NCBI GenBank assembly: GCA_013817465.1
Contig: JACDCP010000001.1
Coordinates: 1 to 44,630, forward strand
Source of the DNA: Gammaproteobacteria bacterium
Lineage (GTDB): Bacteria; Pseudomonadota; Gammaproteobacteria; Steroidobacterales; JACDCP01
Direction of reading: 5' to 3'
Length of the DNA: 44,630 nucleotides
The notes below the pieces were generated by a model. The model saw nothing but the letters and a program-made list of their open reading frames with translations, was not told the origin of the DNA and made no database searches. Every line of letters begins with the position of its first letter. Within the stretch, counting starts at the first letter, position 1. Positions 25,169 to 34,419 of the stretch are shown here, in pieces. The position numbers were made by a program, and so were the translations under genes.

Positions 25169-26098
25169 ATGTCCCAGCTACCAGATGCGTTGCACGTAGG
25201 ATTTTCGAAATGTGCTTCAACCTTTCTGCAATCCTTTTTTAATGAACATCCGTCGGTTTTCCTGGTCAATCAATCGCACTTCTTTTCTCCATTTGAATAC
25301 AGGCATTACGATTCCGGCAAAGAGGTCTATTCCGCCCTGTTTCGAGATGCCGAACCTGAGAAGGTCAAAATAGAAAGTGACGAGCACATCGTGCTGCCGC
25401 TCTTTCATCCTGTATTGCGTGCAGCAGCAACCACGCTGGCATCTGTAAAAGAAGTTTCCGGAAAGATCCGCGATATCCAGCCCAACGCAAAAATTATCAT
25501 AGTGATTCGTAATCAAGTCGATTTGATTGCTTCACGATACTCAGAGTACATACTGGGTGGCGGGAAGTCCGATTTCGACCTCTTCGTCAAAGAGTATCTT
25601 CGATGCAGCAGGGACGGAGTCAACTACTATCAAAATTACTATTCGCAGATCATTGATATTTTTAATAATGACTTCCTGCCGAACAGGGTTCTCGTGCTTC
25701 TTCAAGAGGAGCTTGCGCACGATGAGGCGAAGATCCTGAGGCAACTGTGCGGTTTCCTGAATATTGGTGTGCCTCAGCCTCATCGTCGGGGGTTGCGATC
25801 GAGGCGTGTGGGATTGTCCGACCTGGGAATTAAAGTTGTGCGGTCCTTCAATAATGCGGTGATCGAACGGCAAGAACAGTCGTACACGAAGGCGGTGGCA
25901 AAGATTCCTTATCCGTTCTATAAGGCTAGCTTGAGAGCGATGAGGCTCGTTGATTACTATCTGCCGAAAAGCGTGAAGGGCGATAAGAACAAAGTCCTGA
26001 CCGCCGATATCGTGGAAAGAATACGTGGCGAATTTCGCGAGGACAACACGCGACTGGCTGAGCTACTGGGTAAGGATCTCGCTTCGCTCGGCTACTGA
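25169..26098 (+). CDS. sulfotransferase family protein (Sulfotransfer_1/3-like)
   Basis: 309-aa ORF with 'LHVGFSKCASTFLQSFF' (PKxGTT-type loop) and 'IIVIRNQVDLIASRYSEY'. It is visibly AT-rich: 21 G+C in the 60 nt at 25201-25260. Confidence 0.75.
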   Translation: MSQLPDALHVGFSKCASTFLQSFFNEHPSVFLVNQSHFFSPFEYRHYDSGKEVYSALFRDAEPEKVKIESDEHIVLPLFHPVLRAAATTLASVKEVSGKIRDIQPNAKIIIVIRNQVDLIASRYSEYILGGGKSDFDLFVKEYLRCSRDGVNYYQNYYSQIIDIFNNDFLPNRVLVLLQEELAHDEAKILRQLCGFLNIGVPQPHRRGLRSRRVGLSDLGIKVVRSFNNAVIERQEQSYTKAVAKIPYPFYKASLRAMRLVDYYLPKSVKGDKNKVLTADIVERIRGEFREDNTRLAELLGKDLASLGY

Positions 26099-26215
26099 TT
26101 CATTTCCCCACTCGTCCCTTACCTCGCTCTCCTGCAGGGGGCAACGAACCGTTCTCTGCCATTGAGTCGTGCAAGGACACGCGACGCAACGCGACCCGGC
26201 TCTCTGCTCAAGGAA

Positions 26216-26223
26216 CGATGATG
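26216..26223. repeat. IS66 target-site duplication, left copy (CGATGATG)
   Basis: It is identical to the 8-mer at 28973-28980 and lies immediately outside the GTAAGCGAT terminal repeat. Confidence 0.8.
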
Positions 26224-26309
26224 TGTAAGCGATCCATGAAGGGGGTTCTTCCCAGCTGAGGTTCAGTCGGCCACGCTACTCGCTGTTTATCGTAGCGAGG
26301 AGTATTTCG

Positions 26310-26648
26310 ATGGCCAAGCCCGAACTCAGCGAGCGCCAACAGTACTGGCTGGAGCACATCACCGCGGCGGATGCCAGCGACGGTACGCTGGTCGCCTACG
26401 CTGCGGCACATGAACTGAACGTCAAAGACCTGTACCAGTGGAAGACGGCCTTTGCGCGCCGCGGGGTGTTGCCGGGCAAGGCAGGCAAGCGCGCGTTTGT
26501 CCGGGTTGCAACACCACCACCACCGGCGGCGGCGCTGCCGACGAGTTGCAGCATAACACTGCCGAACGGCGTGCGACTGCAGGTGGCCGGCGCGCTGGAT
26601 GCGACGATGCTGGGCGAGGTCCTGACTGCCGCCAGCAGTGTGTCGTGA
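26310..26648 (+). CDS. tnpA: IS66 Orf1 accessory protein (TnpA)
   Basis: 112-aa ORF starting 'MAKPELSERQQYWLEHI...YQWKTAFARRG', in the first position of the IS66 operon. GAGGAG lies upstream. Confidence 0.8.
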   Translation: MAKPELSERQQYWLEHITAADASDGTLVAYAAAHELNVKDLYQWKTAFARRGVLPGKAGKRAFVRVATPPPPAAALPTSCSITLPNGVRLQVAGALDATMLGEVLTAASSVS

Positions 26649-27004
26649 TCCGGCCTGGTGCAGATGCCGGTACGATCTACCTGTATCGCCAGCCGGTGGA
26701 CATGCGCAAGGCGATCAATGGCCTGGTTGCGATCGTTGAAGGCGAGATGGCACTGGATCCGTTCAGCGCGTCGCTATTCGTGTTTTGCAACCGCGCACGC
26801 ACGCTGGTGAAGCTGGTGTGCTGGGAAGGCAACGGCTTCGTGCTGTGGATGAAGCGACTGGAGAAGTCGCGTTTCAAGTGGCCGGCGGCATTGCCGCTGG
26901 ATGTCGTCGAACTCAACGCGCAGCAGATCAACTGGCTGTTCGACGGTTACGACCTGACGCTGATGCAGGGGCATGCGACATTGCCACATCACACGGTGCT
27001 GTAA
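26645..27004 (+). CDS. tnpB: IS66 Orf2 accessory protein (TnpB)
   Basis: The GTG at 26645 overlaps the tnpA stop codon (GTGA). 'IYLYRQPVDMRKAINGLVAIVEGEMALDPFSASLFVFCNRARTLVKLVCWEGNGFVLWMKRLEKSRFKWP' is the highly conserved IS66 TnpB core. Confidence 0.85.
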   Translation: MIRPGADAGTIYLYRQPVDMRKAINGLVAIVEGEMALDPFSASLFVFCNRARTLVKLVCWEGNGFVLWMKRLEKSRFKWPAALPLDVVELNAQQINWLFDGYDLTLMQGHATLPHHTVL

Positions 27005-27017
27005 CGTTCAATTAAAG

Positions 27018-28645
27018 ATGATCGAACAGCGCGCTGCGTATAGAATGCAACGCTTGCACGACGCACAAAGCAGCTTGCCCGACGACATCGAAGGACTGAA
27101 GTCGCTGCTGCTGGCAAAGGACGCTGAGCTGTCCACACTGCATGCGAAGCTCGAACAACAATCGCAGTTCATCGAGCAGTTGCTGGAACAGATCCGGCTG
27201 GCGCGGCATCAGCAGTATGGCGCCAGCAGCGAGCGTTTGTCGCGCGATCAGCTGGCGCTGGTGTTCAACGAAGCCGAAGCCACGCAGGCCACGAACGCGC
27301 AGCGTGAAGCCGAGGGTGACGACGCAGTCGACGCCGGCGAGATCGTCGTGCCGGCCCATCGCCGCGCGCGCGGCAAGCGGCAGCCGTTGCCGCCTGAACT
27401 GCCACGCGTTGATGTCCTTCATGAACTCGACACGGCCGATTGCCATTGCGCGCGGTGCAACACGCCGATGCAGCCGCTCAGCCAGAAGATCAGCGAACAG
27501 CTCGACATCGTGCCGGCCCAGGTGCGGGTGCTGCGCCACGTTGCCAGACCTACCGCTGCCGTGACTGCGACGGCCAGCTTGCGACCGCGCCGCTGCCGCC
27601 GCAGCCGATCCCCAAGAGCCTGGCCAGCCCCGGCACGCTGGCGCACATTACCATTGCCAAGTACGTCGACGGGCTGCCGCTGTACCGGCAGCAGAGGCGG
27701 CTTGAGCGCATCGGCGTGGATCTGCCGCGCGCGACGCTGGCCGGCTGGATGATCAAGGCCGGCCGCCTGGTGCAGCCGCTGATCAACCTGTTACGTGACA
27801 GGCTGCTGGCCGAGGACATCCTCGCCATGGACGAGACCGGGATCCAGGTGCTCAAGGAGCCGGGCAAGGCCGCACACAGCCAGTCGTACCTGTGGGTGCA
27901 GCGCGGCGGGCCGCCGCACCGACCGATCGTGCTGTATGACTACGATCCGTCACGCAGTCAGGCGGTGCCCAGGCGGCTGTTGGGCGACTTTGCCGGCTAC
28001 TTGCAGACGGACGGGTATGCGGGCTATGCCGGCGTCTGCGCCGGGGCGGCCATCACGCGGGTCGGTTGCTGGGCGCACGTACGGCGCAAGTTCGATGAGG
28101 CACGCAAGGCACACGGCTAGAAGACCCGCAAGCCTTCGCTGGCGGTAGCCGCGCTGCAGCGCATCCAGCTACTGTACACGATCGAGCGCAAGGCCAGGGA
28201 CCTGCCGCCCGCGGAACGCCGGCGACTGCGCCAAGCGCGGGCGGTGCCGGTGCTTGAGGGATTACGTGGGTGGCTGGATCAGCATCTGCCGCTGGTGCTG
28301 CCACGCTCGGCGCTCGGCAAGGCGATGCATTACGCACACACGCAGTGGGACACACTGACGGTCTACACGCAGGACGGCCGCCTGCGCATCGACAACAACC
28401 TGACCGAGAATGCGATCCGGCCGTTCGTCATCGGGCGCAAGAACTGGCTGTTCTGCGACACCCCCGCCGGTGCCGACGCCAGCGCTAACCTGTACAGCCT
28501 GATCGAAACGGCCAAGGCCAATGGCATCGAACCGTACGCATATCTCAAGAGGCTGTTCACCGAACTCCCGAAGGCGACTTCGCTCGCCGACATTGAGGCG
28601 ATGTTGCCATTGCCGGACGATCGCGCAGCCAGCCAAGCCGCGTGA
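27018..28645 (+). pseudogene. tnpC: IS66 DDE transposase (TnpC), disrupted by one frameshift and one in-frame stop
   Basis: The N-terminal leucine-zipper and zinc-finger part runs in the frame of 27018 up to '...QVRVLRHV'. The sequence continues in another frame as 'YRCRDCDGQLATAPLPPQPIPKS...DETGIQVL...YLWV...GYLQTDGYAGY...CWAHVRRKF', so a frameshift lies near 27540-27546. An in-frame TAG at 28118-28120 follows, and the C-terminal part is 28244..28645 ('NNLTENAIRPFVIGRKNWLF'). Confidence 0.8.
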
Positions 28646-28961
28646 ACCACAAGCGCGCACCCACAGTTCCTTCATGAGCCGTCGCCTTACGCCCTTGCCG
28701 AACATCGAGGCCCTGATTGCTGGCGAGGGCGATATTACCCTCGGACGCGTCGGCCCGATCCCCTGCGCAGCCACCGCTGCCGACGAGCACCAGTCACTCG
28801 CCATGCTGGCCCGCCGTGACGGCGAAACCCTGGTGCAGTTGTTGATCCGGCTGGAGAAAGCCATCGACCTGGGGATCGAAGAAGATATCTTTATCGACGA
28901 AATCAACAACGGCGCGGACGACAGGATCTCACACGCAATCCGTTCATCAAGACGCCGTTCC

Positions 28962-30167
28962 CTAATCGCTTACGATGATGAGGTCCTCCGGCGGTTGAGG
29001 AGTCGCTCCCGGTTCCGTACCCGGCGGTGTTGCGGGAGGGACTATCGGCGGGGGGGCGGGGGGATCACCGGGCAATGGGGGTGCCGAGCCGCCCGGGCAG
29101 CCATCCGCACACGTGAGTTGTGCCGGGTGAACGTCCGAGTACCCCGTACCGTCACGAACAGTCTGACCGTAGCGGAGTTCGTCAAACCCGATCCAGATTG
29201 GTCCCTTGACGGCCGTGCGCTCTCTCTGCCAACCGTACTTGTACACCCGCAGGCTGTGATGAATTAATGACTTGCCCTGCGTCGTTCCCGGCACGAGGCC
29301 GATTGGCGTATTGACTTTGCTGAACTTCAGGACCATTTCCCTGTTGCCATTGGCATCGACCGGTCCCTCGGCTTTCCATACCTGGAGAATGCCTTTGTTT
29401 CCCTGATAGGTTTGATCCTTCGCATTCTTGATTCCAGCTTTCAGAGGATTGGTCGTCACGGAGAATGGATTGGCCCGATATCGAATAACAAAGTCCGTCC
29501 ATGTACCTTTGTCCGGCTCCACTGCGCCAAGATCCACGTCCAGCTTTGCACCTTTTTCCTCGGACACTGATCTATCGTCGACGAGATACTGCAGAAACCA
29601 ATGAGTATCCTTTGCGCGCTTTGGCACATAGATATTCAGGTTAAAAAGGATCGCGGCAGAATCCACGTTTGTTGAAACAAGCTGAATAGATCCGCCAGGA
29701 CCCGTGCGCGCGGTTTCGTCCTCGAAATTTTTCGGAATAAAAATCGAGAACCCGAGCCAGCCTTCTTCATCGAACTCGAATCGGTTTATGTCAGGGCTTA
29801 AGCTGATAGCGGAGCGTGGTTTCGGCAAGCCGCCATTGAGGCCAGTGTAATCCTTGCTCCGATGCAGCGTGCTCCGCGCAAAAAAGTTGCCTTGTCGGGG
29901 CGACACAAGATGTCCGGCCACTAATTCTTCGCTGACAACCCTTGTATCCCAGTTTGAGGTAGGCCCACCACCGCCTGCGCCCGTGCGGACAGATTCATTC
30001 CCTGCTTGGACTTCTGGAAGCGTCTTAATGAAGAATGGATCTATCTGCCCGCTGTAGGGCTGAAACTTGCCAGATTCAAAGGCACCCGTGACATATACGT
30101 TGCGGTCGGCGTATGAAGGGCTTGTGGCGGCAAAGCCAAGCAAAATCAAGGTGCCTGTCTTCAACAT
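28962..30167 (-). CDS. secreted jelly-roll protein, polysaccharide-lyase-like (heparin lyase I / PL7-type fold suspected), Pro-rich C-terminal tail
   Basis: Trimmed to the ATG at 30167, which is preceded by a G-run and gives a signal peptide 'MLKTGTLILLGFAATSPSYA'. The blocks 'GWLGFSIFIPKNF', 'WTDFVIRYRANPF', 'GILQVWKAEG' and 'LRVYKYGWQ' resemble the layout of concanavalin-like lyases. The tail is 'PPLPGDPPAPPPIVPPATPPGTEPGATPQPPEDL'. The last three codons and the stop codon come from the IS66 end. Confidence 0.65.
   Translation of the reverse strand: MLKTGTLILLGFAATSPSYADRNVYVTGAFESGKFQPYSGQIDPFFIKTLPEVQAGNESVRTGAGGGGPTSNWDTRVVSEELVAGHLVSPRQGNFFARSTLHRSKDYTGLNGGLPKPRSAISLSPDINRFEFDEEGWLGFSIFIPKNFEDETARTGPGGSIQLVSTNVDSAAILFNLNIYVPKRAKDTHWFLQYLVDDRSVSEEKGAKLDVDLGAVEPDKGTWTDFVIRYRANPFSVTTNPLKAGIKNAKDQTYQGNKGILQVWKAEGPVDANGNREMVLKFSKVNTPIGLVPGTTQGKSLIHHSLRVYKYGWQRERTAVKGPIWIGFDELRYGQTVRDGTGYSDVHPAQLTCADGCPGGSAPPLPGDPPAPPPIVPPATPPGTEPGATPQPPEDLIIVSD
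28973..28980. repeat. IS66 target-site duplication, right copy (CGATGATG)
   Basis: It is identical to 26216-26223. Confidence 0.8.
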
Positions 30168-30537
30168 GATTTTGACCCCCCCGAGTCTAATGTAAGGCCG
30201 AAGGCCGGTTCGTATGGCGGCGACGGCAGTTCTCTCAATGAGTTGAGAACACGCTGGACCTTGCGCGTTATGGTAGATTATCGAAGCGGATTTGCGTTTT
30301 CCGACCATTTCAATGCAGTCCCTGTAGCCTGAGGGAACCGCAAAGCACCGTCGAACGACAAATAACCCAGTGCTGCAACTCCGCTATCGTAGGCTGCGAA
30401 CCCGTAGACCGGAAGCTTTGCGTCCCTGCTTTTCAACAGGTTTGCCCTCGGGCGGAAAATTTACGTAATGTCGGACTTAAAGTCAACCGAAAGCCTGGAA
30501 GTGTGTGAACTGCGTCACTATTTGGCGACAAATCGGT

Positions 30538-31734
30538 CTACTTCGTGCTTCGTGTCAGATTGCCCACTTCGTGGTACACCGCCAACGTCTGCTGAGCCAC
30601 GCGTTCCGAATGATATTCGGCCAGGGCCTTTGCCCGGGCAGCGTGTCCCATTTGTTCCCGCAGAGATTTACTCGCAACCAGTCGCGCCAGATGCCCCGCG
30701 AGCGCCCCCACATCCCCCGGCTCGAATAACAGCCCGGTCTTGTCATTCTCGACCTGGCCCGGGATACCGCAGATTCGCGTCGCCACAACCGGTATCGAAG
30801 CTGCCATGGCCTGCTGGATGACCATTGGCGCGGTTTCCTGATAAGACGGCAGCACGAGCAGAGCGGCACGCCCAAACTCATCTAGCAGATCAGGTTCTTT
30901 CAGCAAACCCAAGAATTCAACGCGCGAGGCTATACCGAGCTCATCGATCTTTTGATTGAGGCGCTGGACATAGACTTTGTCCGCGAGGGATCCTGCCAGG
31001 ACCAGACGTACACCAGCTTGGTCAAGCCCGAGGGTAAACGCCTCGACCAGGTCCGTTACGCCTTTTCGGGGGATCAATCTTCCCGCGAAAAGGATTCGAC
31101 CGGCTTCCTCGCGCCGTTGAACATCATAAAACTTCTTGTCGACCGGATTCGGAATGAGATGACTGACACCACGCAGTACTTCTCCGTAGTACTCCCGCAC
31201 GTACGGGCTTATCAGGATCGTGTGTGCCGCATGCATCGCACAATATTTTTCCGTTATCCTACTTTGCAGCTTCAAACGCATTCTGTCCACCGCACGCGAC
31301 AAATACCGTGCGTCTTCGCCAATAATACCGTGAAATGTGACGATAGATGGGTATTTGCTCTTGACAGCAAGGTAGCCGTCTATGCCAGCACCTTGCGCAT
31401 GAACTATCGACGGATTGATTTCCTTCAGACACACGCGCAGTCGGGAAAAGTCGTTTCTCCAGCGCGTGGTGGCGCCCAGACGCTGCCTTGGTAGAAGGTA
31501 CCTCTCCACTCCGTTCTGGCGCACTCGCTTAGGTATCTTAGTACCCGCGTCGAAACTCACGACCCGCAGATCTATTTCGCCAGATCCGATGATCTCTTTC
31601 ACAAGATATGCGGTTACGGCCTGCACGCCGCCGTCTATTGCGTGCACGTCGCGCGGATAATCCGCAATCATAGCCACGATCGGCTTCTGCCCAAGCCTGT
31701 CGCGAGCCGCGAAAGATCGCTTTGCGATTGTCAC
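30538..31734 (-). CDS. glycosyltransferase family 4
   Basis: 398-aa ORF with 'ILFAGRLIPRKGVTDLVEAF' and 'LLVLPSYQETAPMVIQQAMAASIPVVATRICGIPGQV'. The listed start is a GTG overlapping the upstream stop codon (GTGA at 31731-31734). An ATG at 31671 ('MIADYP') is an alternative. Confidence 0.85.
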   Translation of the reverse strand: MTIAKRSFAARDRLGQKPIVAMIADYPRDVHAIDGGVQAVTAYLVKEIIGSGEIDLRVVSFDAGTKIPKRVRQNGVERYLLPRQRLGATTRWRNDFSRLRVCLKEINPSIVHAQGAGIDGYLAVKSKYPSIVTFHGIIGEDARYLSRAVDRMRLKLQSRITEKYCAMHAAHTILISPYVREYYGEVLRGVSHLIPNPVDKKFYDVQRREEAGRILFAGRLIPRKGVTDLVEAFTLGLDQAGVRLVLAGSLADKVYVQRLNQKIDELGIASRVEFLGLLKEPDLLDEFGRAALLVLPSYQETAPMVIQQAMAASIPVVATRICGIPGQVENDKTGLLFEPGDVGALAGHLARLVASKSLREQMGHAARAKALAEYHSERVAQQTLAVYHEVGNLTRSTK

Positions 31735-32651
31735 GTAATCGAACTGGAATAACCCAGGCTGCCCAGCATCGGCTCCATGAGCGCGCTAAGCTTCTCAATA
31801 CGCACGACGCCAAAATCAGTCCGATACTTGTCGTTCATGTTCACGAGCGTATCGCGTCGCTCCAGATGCCTGTGGGCGAGTAGTGCATCCTCAAGGTCGC
31901 AGAACGAGTACATCTTGCGAAGCGCGACGTGGGGTGACTCGACAAAATCTTCATATCGGATCTCTTGGTAACCGACGTTCTCAAGTGTTCCGCTTTCCAG
32001 TCGCGCAATTTCAATTACCCGCTTCCACTGCAGCGCCGCCAGGACGCCTGGATCTTGCTGACTTTCCCACCACTTTTGCAGATCTGCATCCGACAGGCCA
32101 CCCCTCCAAAACGGCTTGCTAAGTCCGCCCTTTTCGCGCCAGAAAGCGACGTGAAGCAGCGAGTGAACCGCGGCTCGACCGTCCCTAATGATGTGCACAA
32201 ATTTCGCGTCGGGGAAAATGCTGCTCAGAAACGCCATGCGCGACGGACCTGTAATCTTTGCGGCAAAACGGGCACGCCCCTGCCATGCTAGCAATTTGCC
32301 TACTGCCCTATGTACGCGATGGACGGTTGACTTGTCGGCAGTCTGGTCCCGCAAATAACTGCGGGAGAAGTCCTGCCCGGTGTAAATGTCCCAGAAGCTA
32401 TACGCCTCACTAGGTTGCGGCAGAAAACGGTTGCCGAATACAGTGGGCCCGTGCTGCCCCTTCTTGCCGGTCAGGCTTACGAATGAATTGTCGAGTATAC
32501 GGCGCACCACATTTATCCCGGGATGTGTAGGAAATCTTTCCGTGTACACAGACGGCCAGCCCAGCGTTCTATGTTGGCAGAAGGCTTCGAATGCCACTGT
32601 CGTTCCGCTGCGCGGAAATCCAATGAAGAAAATTGGCTTCAGTATCTGCAT
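31731..32651 (-). CDS. sulfotransferase family protein
   Basis: 306-aa ORF with 'IFFIGFPRSGTTVAFEAF' and 'VHIIRDGRAAVHS'. Confidence 0.85.
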   Translation of the reverse strand: MQILKPIFFIGFPRSGTTVAFEAFCQHRTLGWPSVYTERFPTHPGINVVRRILDNSFVSLTGKKGQHGPTVFGNRFLPQPSEAYSFWDIYTGQDFSRSYLRDQTADKSTVHRVHRAVGKLLAWQGRARFAAKITGPSRMAFLSSIFPDAKFVHIIRDGRAAVHSLLHVAFWREKGGLSKPFWRGGLSDADLQKWWESQQDPGVLAALQWKRVIEIARLESGTLENVGYQEIRYEDFVESPHVALRKMYSFCDLEDALLAHRHLERRDTLVNMNDKYRTDFGVVRIEKLSALMEPMLGSLGYSSSIT

Positions 32652-32899
32652 GTGTATTCACAAAGAGGCCGACTCCTAACTGACAAAAGCTGCCGGAGCG
32701 GCACACGTTAACATTCTCCGCAACCGGAAACCTGAAGCTTGGTCACATCCGCGCATTGCCCAGACGACCATAATCCTGCGCTGGTGGCTTTCAAGTTAGC
32801 GGTCGTATAGACCTGTTGGTACCATATCAAAGCACGTCCCAGACGTCTCCAAAGGCCGGTGGAGCGCAAACGTTAGCTATCTGCACCAGGGTGTTCGGA

Positions 32900-34195
32900 A
32901 TGACTGATTCAGCGACAACAAACCGGCTACAGGCAAAGAGCATGCCTTATGCCAAGGCGAAGCATACAGAGCATCTGAAGATTTGCTATCTCACCACCGA
33001 ATATCCGAAGGTGAGTCATACATTCATTCGCCGGGAGATACTGGAGCTGGAACGACGAGGCCATGAAGTGTTGCGTGTCGCAATTCGAAACGCCGGAGGC
33101 GCCATCGCCGACGATGCTGACCGGCGGGAAGCGGAACGCACCATCCATTGCCTTTCCCTTTCGAAACGGAAATTTATTATTTCCATTCTACGAGTCATGT
33201 TAACGCGAGCGGGCCGGTGGCTGTCGGCCTTGCGAATGACGCTAACTATGAGCCGCGCCAGCGAACGGGGTTTGCTGCGCCATCTTGCATATCTCGCCGA
33301 GGCTTCTGTGCTGCTGCATATATTAGCAAAACATGGTATCTCACACACACACGTGCATTTTGGTACTAACGCCGCGGCCGTCGCAAGGCTCATCGACTGT
33401 CTCGGGGGACCCTCCTACAGCATGACGATACACGGGCCTGGCGAATTCGATGCGCCGTTGGGATTTTCCTTAAGCGAGAAGGTTGAAGAAGCCGCATTTG
33501 TTGTGGCGATCAGCAATTTTTGTTACTCCCAGTTATGCCGCTGGGTGTCCCCGGAGCACTGGCAGAAAATTCATGTTGTGCGTTGTTCGGTCGATGGGGG
33601 GTTCTTCGAGTCGGAGACGTCCGTGAATGGATCCTCCCGGTTGCTGCTGAGTATCGGCCGACTCACGGCTCAAAAGGGACAGCTTTTGCTGCTCGATGCA
33701 ATGAGGCAGTTGGTCGCCGCCGGCGATGATGTCCGACTGGTACTTGCCGGTGATGGCAAATTGCGTCCTATGATCGAAGAACGCATTGTCACTTTTGGCC
33801 TGCAGCGTCACGTGACGGTTACCGGCTGGGTGGACGAAGCCACGGTGCGTATGCACTTGCAAGAAGCCCGCGTGCTCGTGCAGCCAAGCTTCGCCGAGGG
33901 TCTTCCTGTGGTAATTATGGAAGCGCTGGCTATGGGTCGCCCAGTGATCAGCACTTATGTCGCAGGGATTCCGGAGCTCGTCCGTCCCGGCGAGAACGGA
34001 TGGTTGGTGACCGCAGGGAACGTAGACGAGCTCGTGAGCGCCATTCGCGAAGCCCTCGATGCGCCTGCAGCGCAGCTGACAAGCATGGGTCGCGCGGGAC
34101 GGGAACGCGTCCGGGCGCGACATCACGTCACTACGGAAGTCGAGACGCTGGAGACGCTTCTACGTGCTGCTGCTTCCGGTGTTGCCAACTCGTGA
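32900..34195 (+). CDS. glycosyltransferase family 4 (WcaL-like)
   Basis: It has 'LKICYLTTEYPKVSHTFIRREILELERRGHEV', and the C-terminal half has 'SIGRLTAQKGQLLLLDAM' and 'LVQPSFAEGLPVVIMEALAMGRPVISTYVAGIPELV' (EX7E). The start is uncertain: TTG at 32816, ATG at 32900 or ATG at 32942. Confidence 0.8.
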   Translation: MTDSATTNRLQAKSMPYAKAKHTEHLKICYLTTEYPKVSHTFIRREILELERRGHEVLRVAIRNAGGAIADDADRREAERTIHCLSLSKRKFIISILRVMLTRAGRWLSALRMTLTMSRASERGLLRHLAYLAEASVLLHILAKHGISHTHVHFGTNAAAVARLIDCLGGPSYSMTIHGPGEFDAPLGFSLSEKVEEAAFVVAISNFCYSQLCRWVSPEHWQKIHVVRCSVDGGFFESETSVNGSSRLLLSIGRLTAQKGQLLLLDAMRQLVAAGDDVRLVLAGDGKLRPMIEERIVTFGLQRHVTVTGWVDEATVRMHLQEARVLVQPSFAEGLPVVIMEALAMGRPVISTYVAGIPELVRPGENGWLVTAGNVDELVSAIREALDAPAAQLTSMGRAGRERVRARHHVTTEVETLETLLRAAASGVANS

Positions 34196-34419
34196 TATGC
34201 ACGATAGCGGACGCCGTCGGGTAACCTGACGTTGCAGTGCGCTGGGAGGAACCACTATTCCTCAGCATCACCGCTGCTTCGACATCAGGGCAAGTGGACA
34301 AACGTTGGCAACTGTCGGCCGAAAGGCTGGTTGATCTTCCAATAGCTTTGGGTTTGTGCTGCTCTGATGCATACGACACCCGGTGTCGTCCGCTGATCTG
34401 CACATCCGATCAAATGTCG

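Larger units (their letters stand above)
26224..28972 (+). mobile_element. IS66-family insertion sequence (2749 bp), transposase degenerate
   Basis: The termini are TGTAAGCGAT... and ...ATCGCTTA (inverted GTAAGCGAT, typical of IS66 ends), flanked by a perfect 8-bp direct repeat. The element has the three-ORF tnpA-tnpB-tnpC organisation with a GTGA overlap between tnpA and tnpB. The boundary is ambiguous by 1-2 nt. Confidence 0.85.

Noticed and set aside
28665-28690. 'TTCCTTCATGAGCCGTCGCCTTAC' as the right inverted repeat of the IS66 element
   Set aside because: Its similarity to the left end (CCTTCATG...CTTAC) needs indels and has no flanking duplication. The GTAAGCGAT terminus at 28964-28972 with a perfect 8-bp CGATGATG duplication is a much better boundary.
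28521-29267. 248-aa plus-strand ORF as a single gene
   Set aside because: It is a chimera. Its 5' part overlaps the tnpC 3' end, its middle is the possible IS-internal ORF (reported separately), and its 3' part is an Arg-rich antisense read of the Pro-rich tail of the lyase-like gene.
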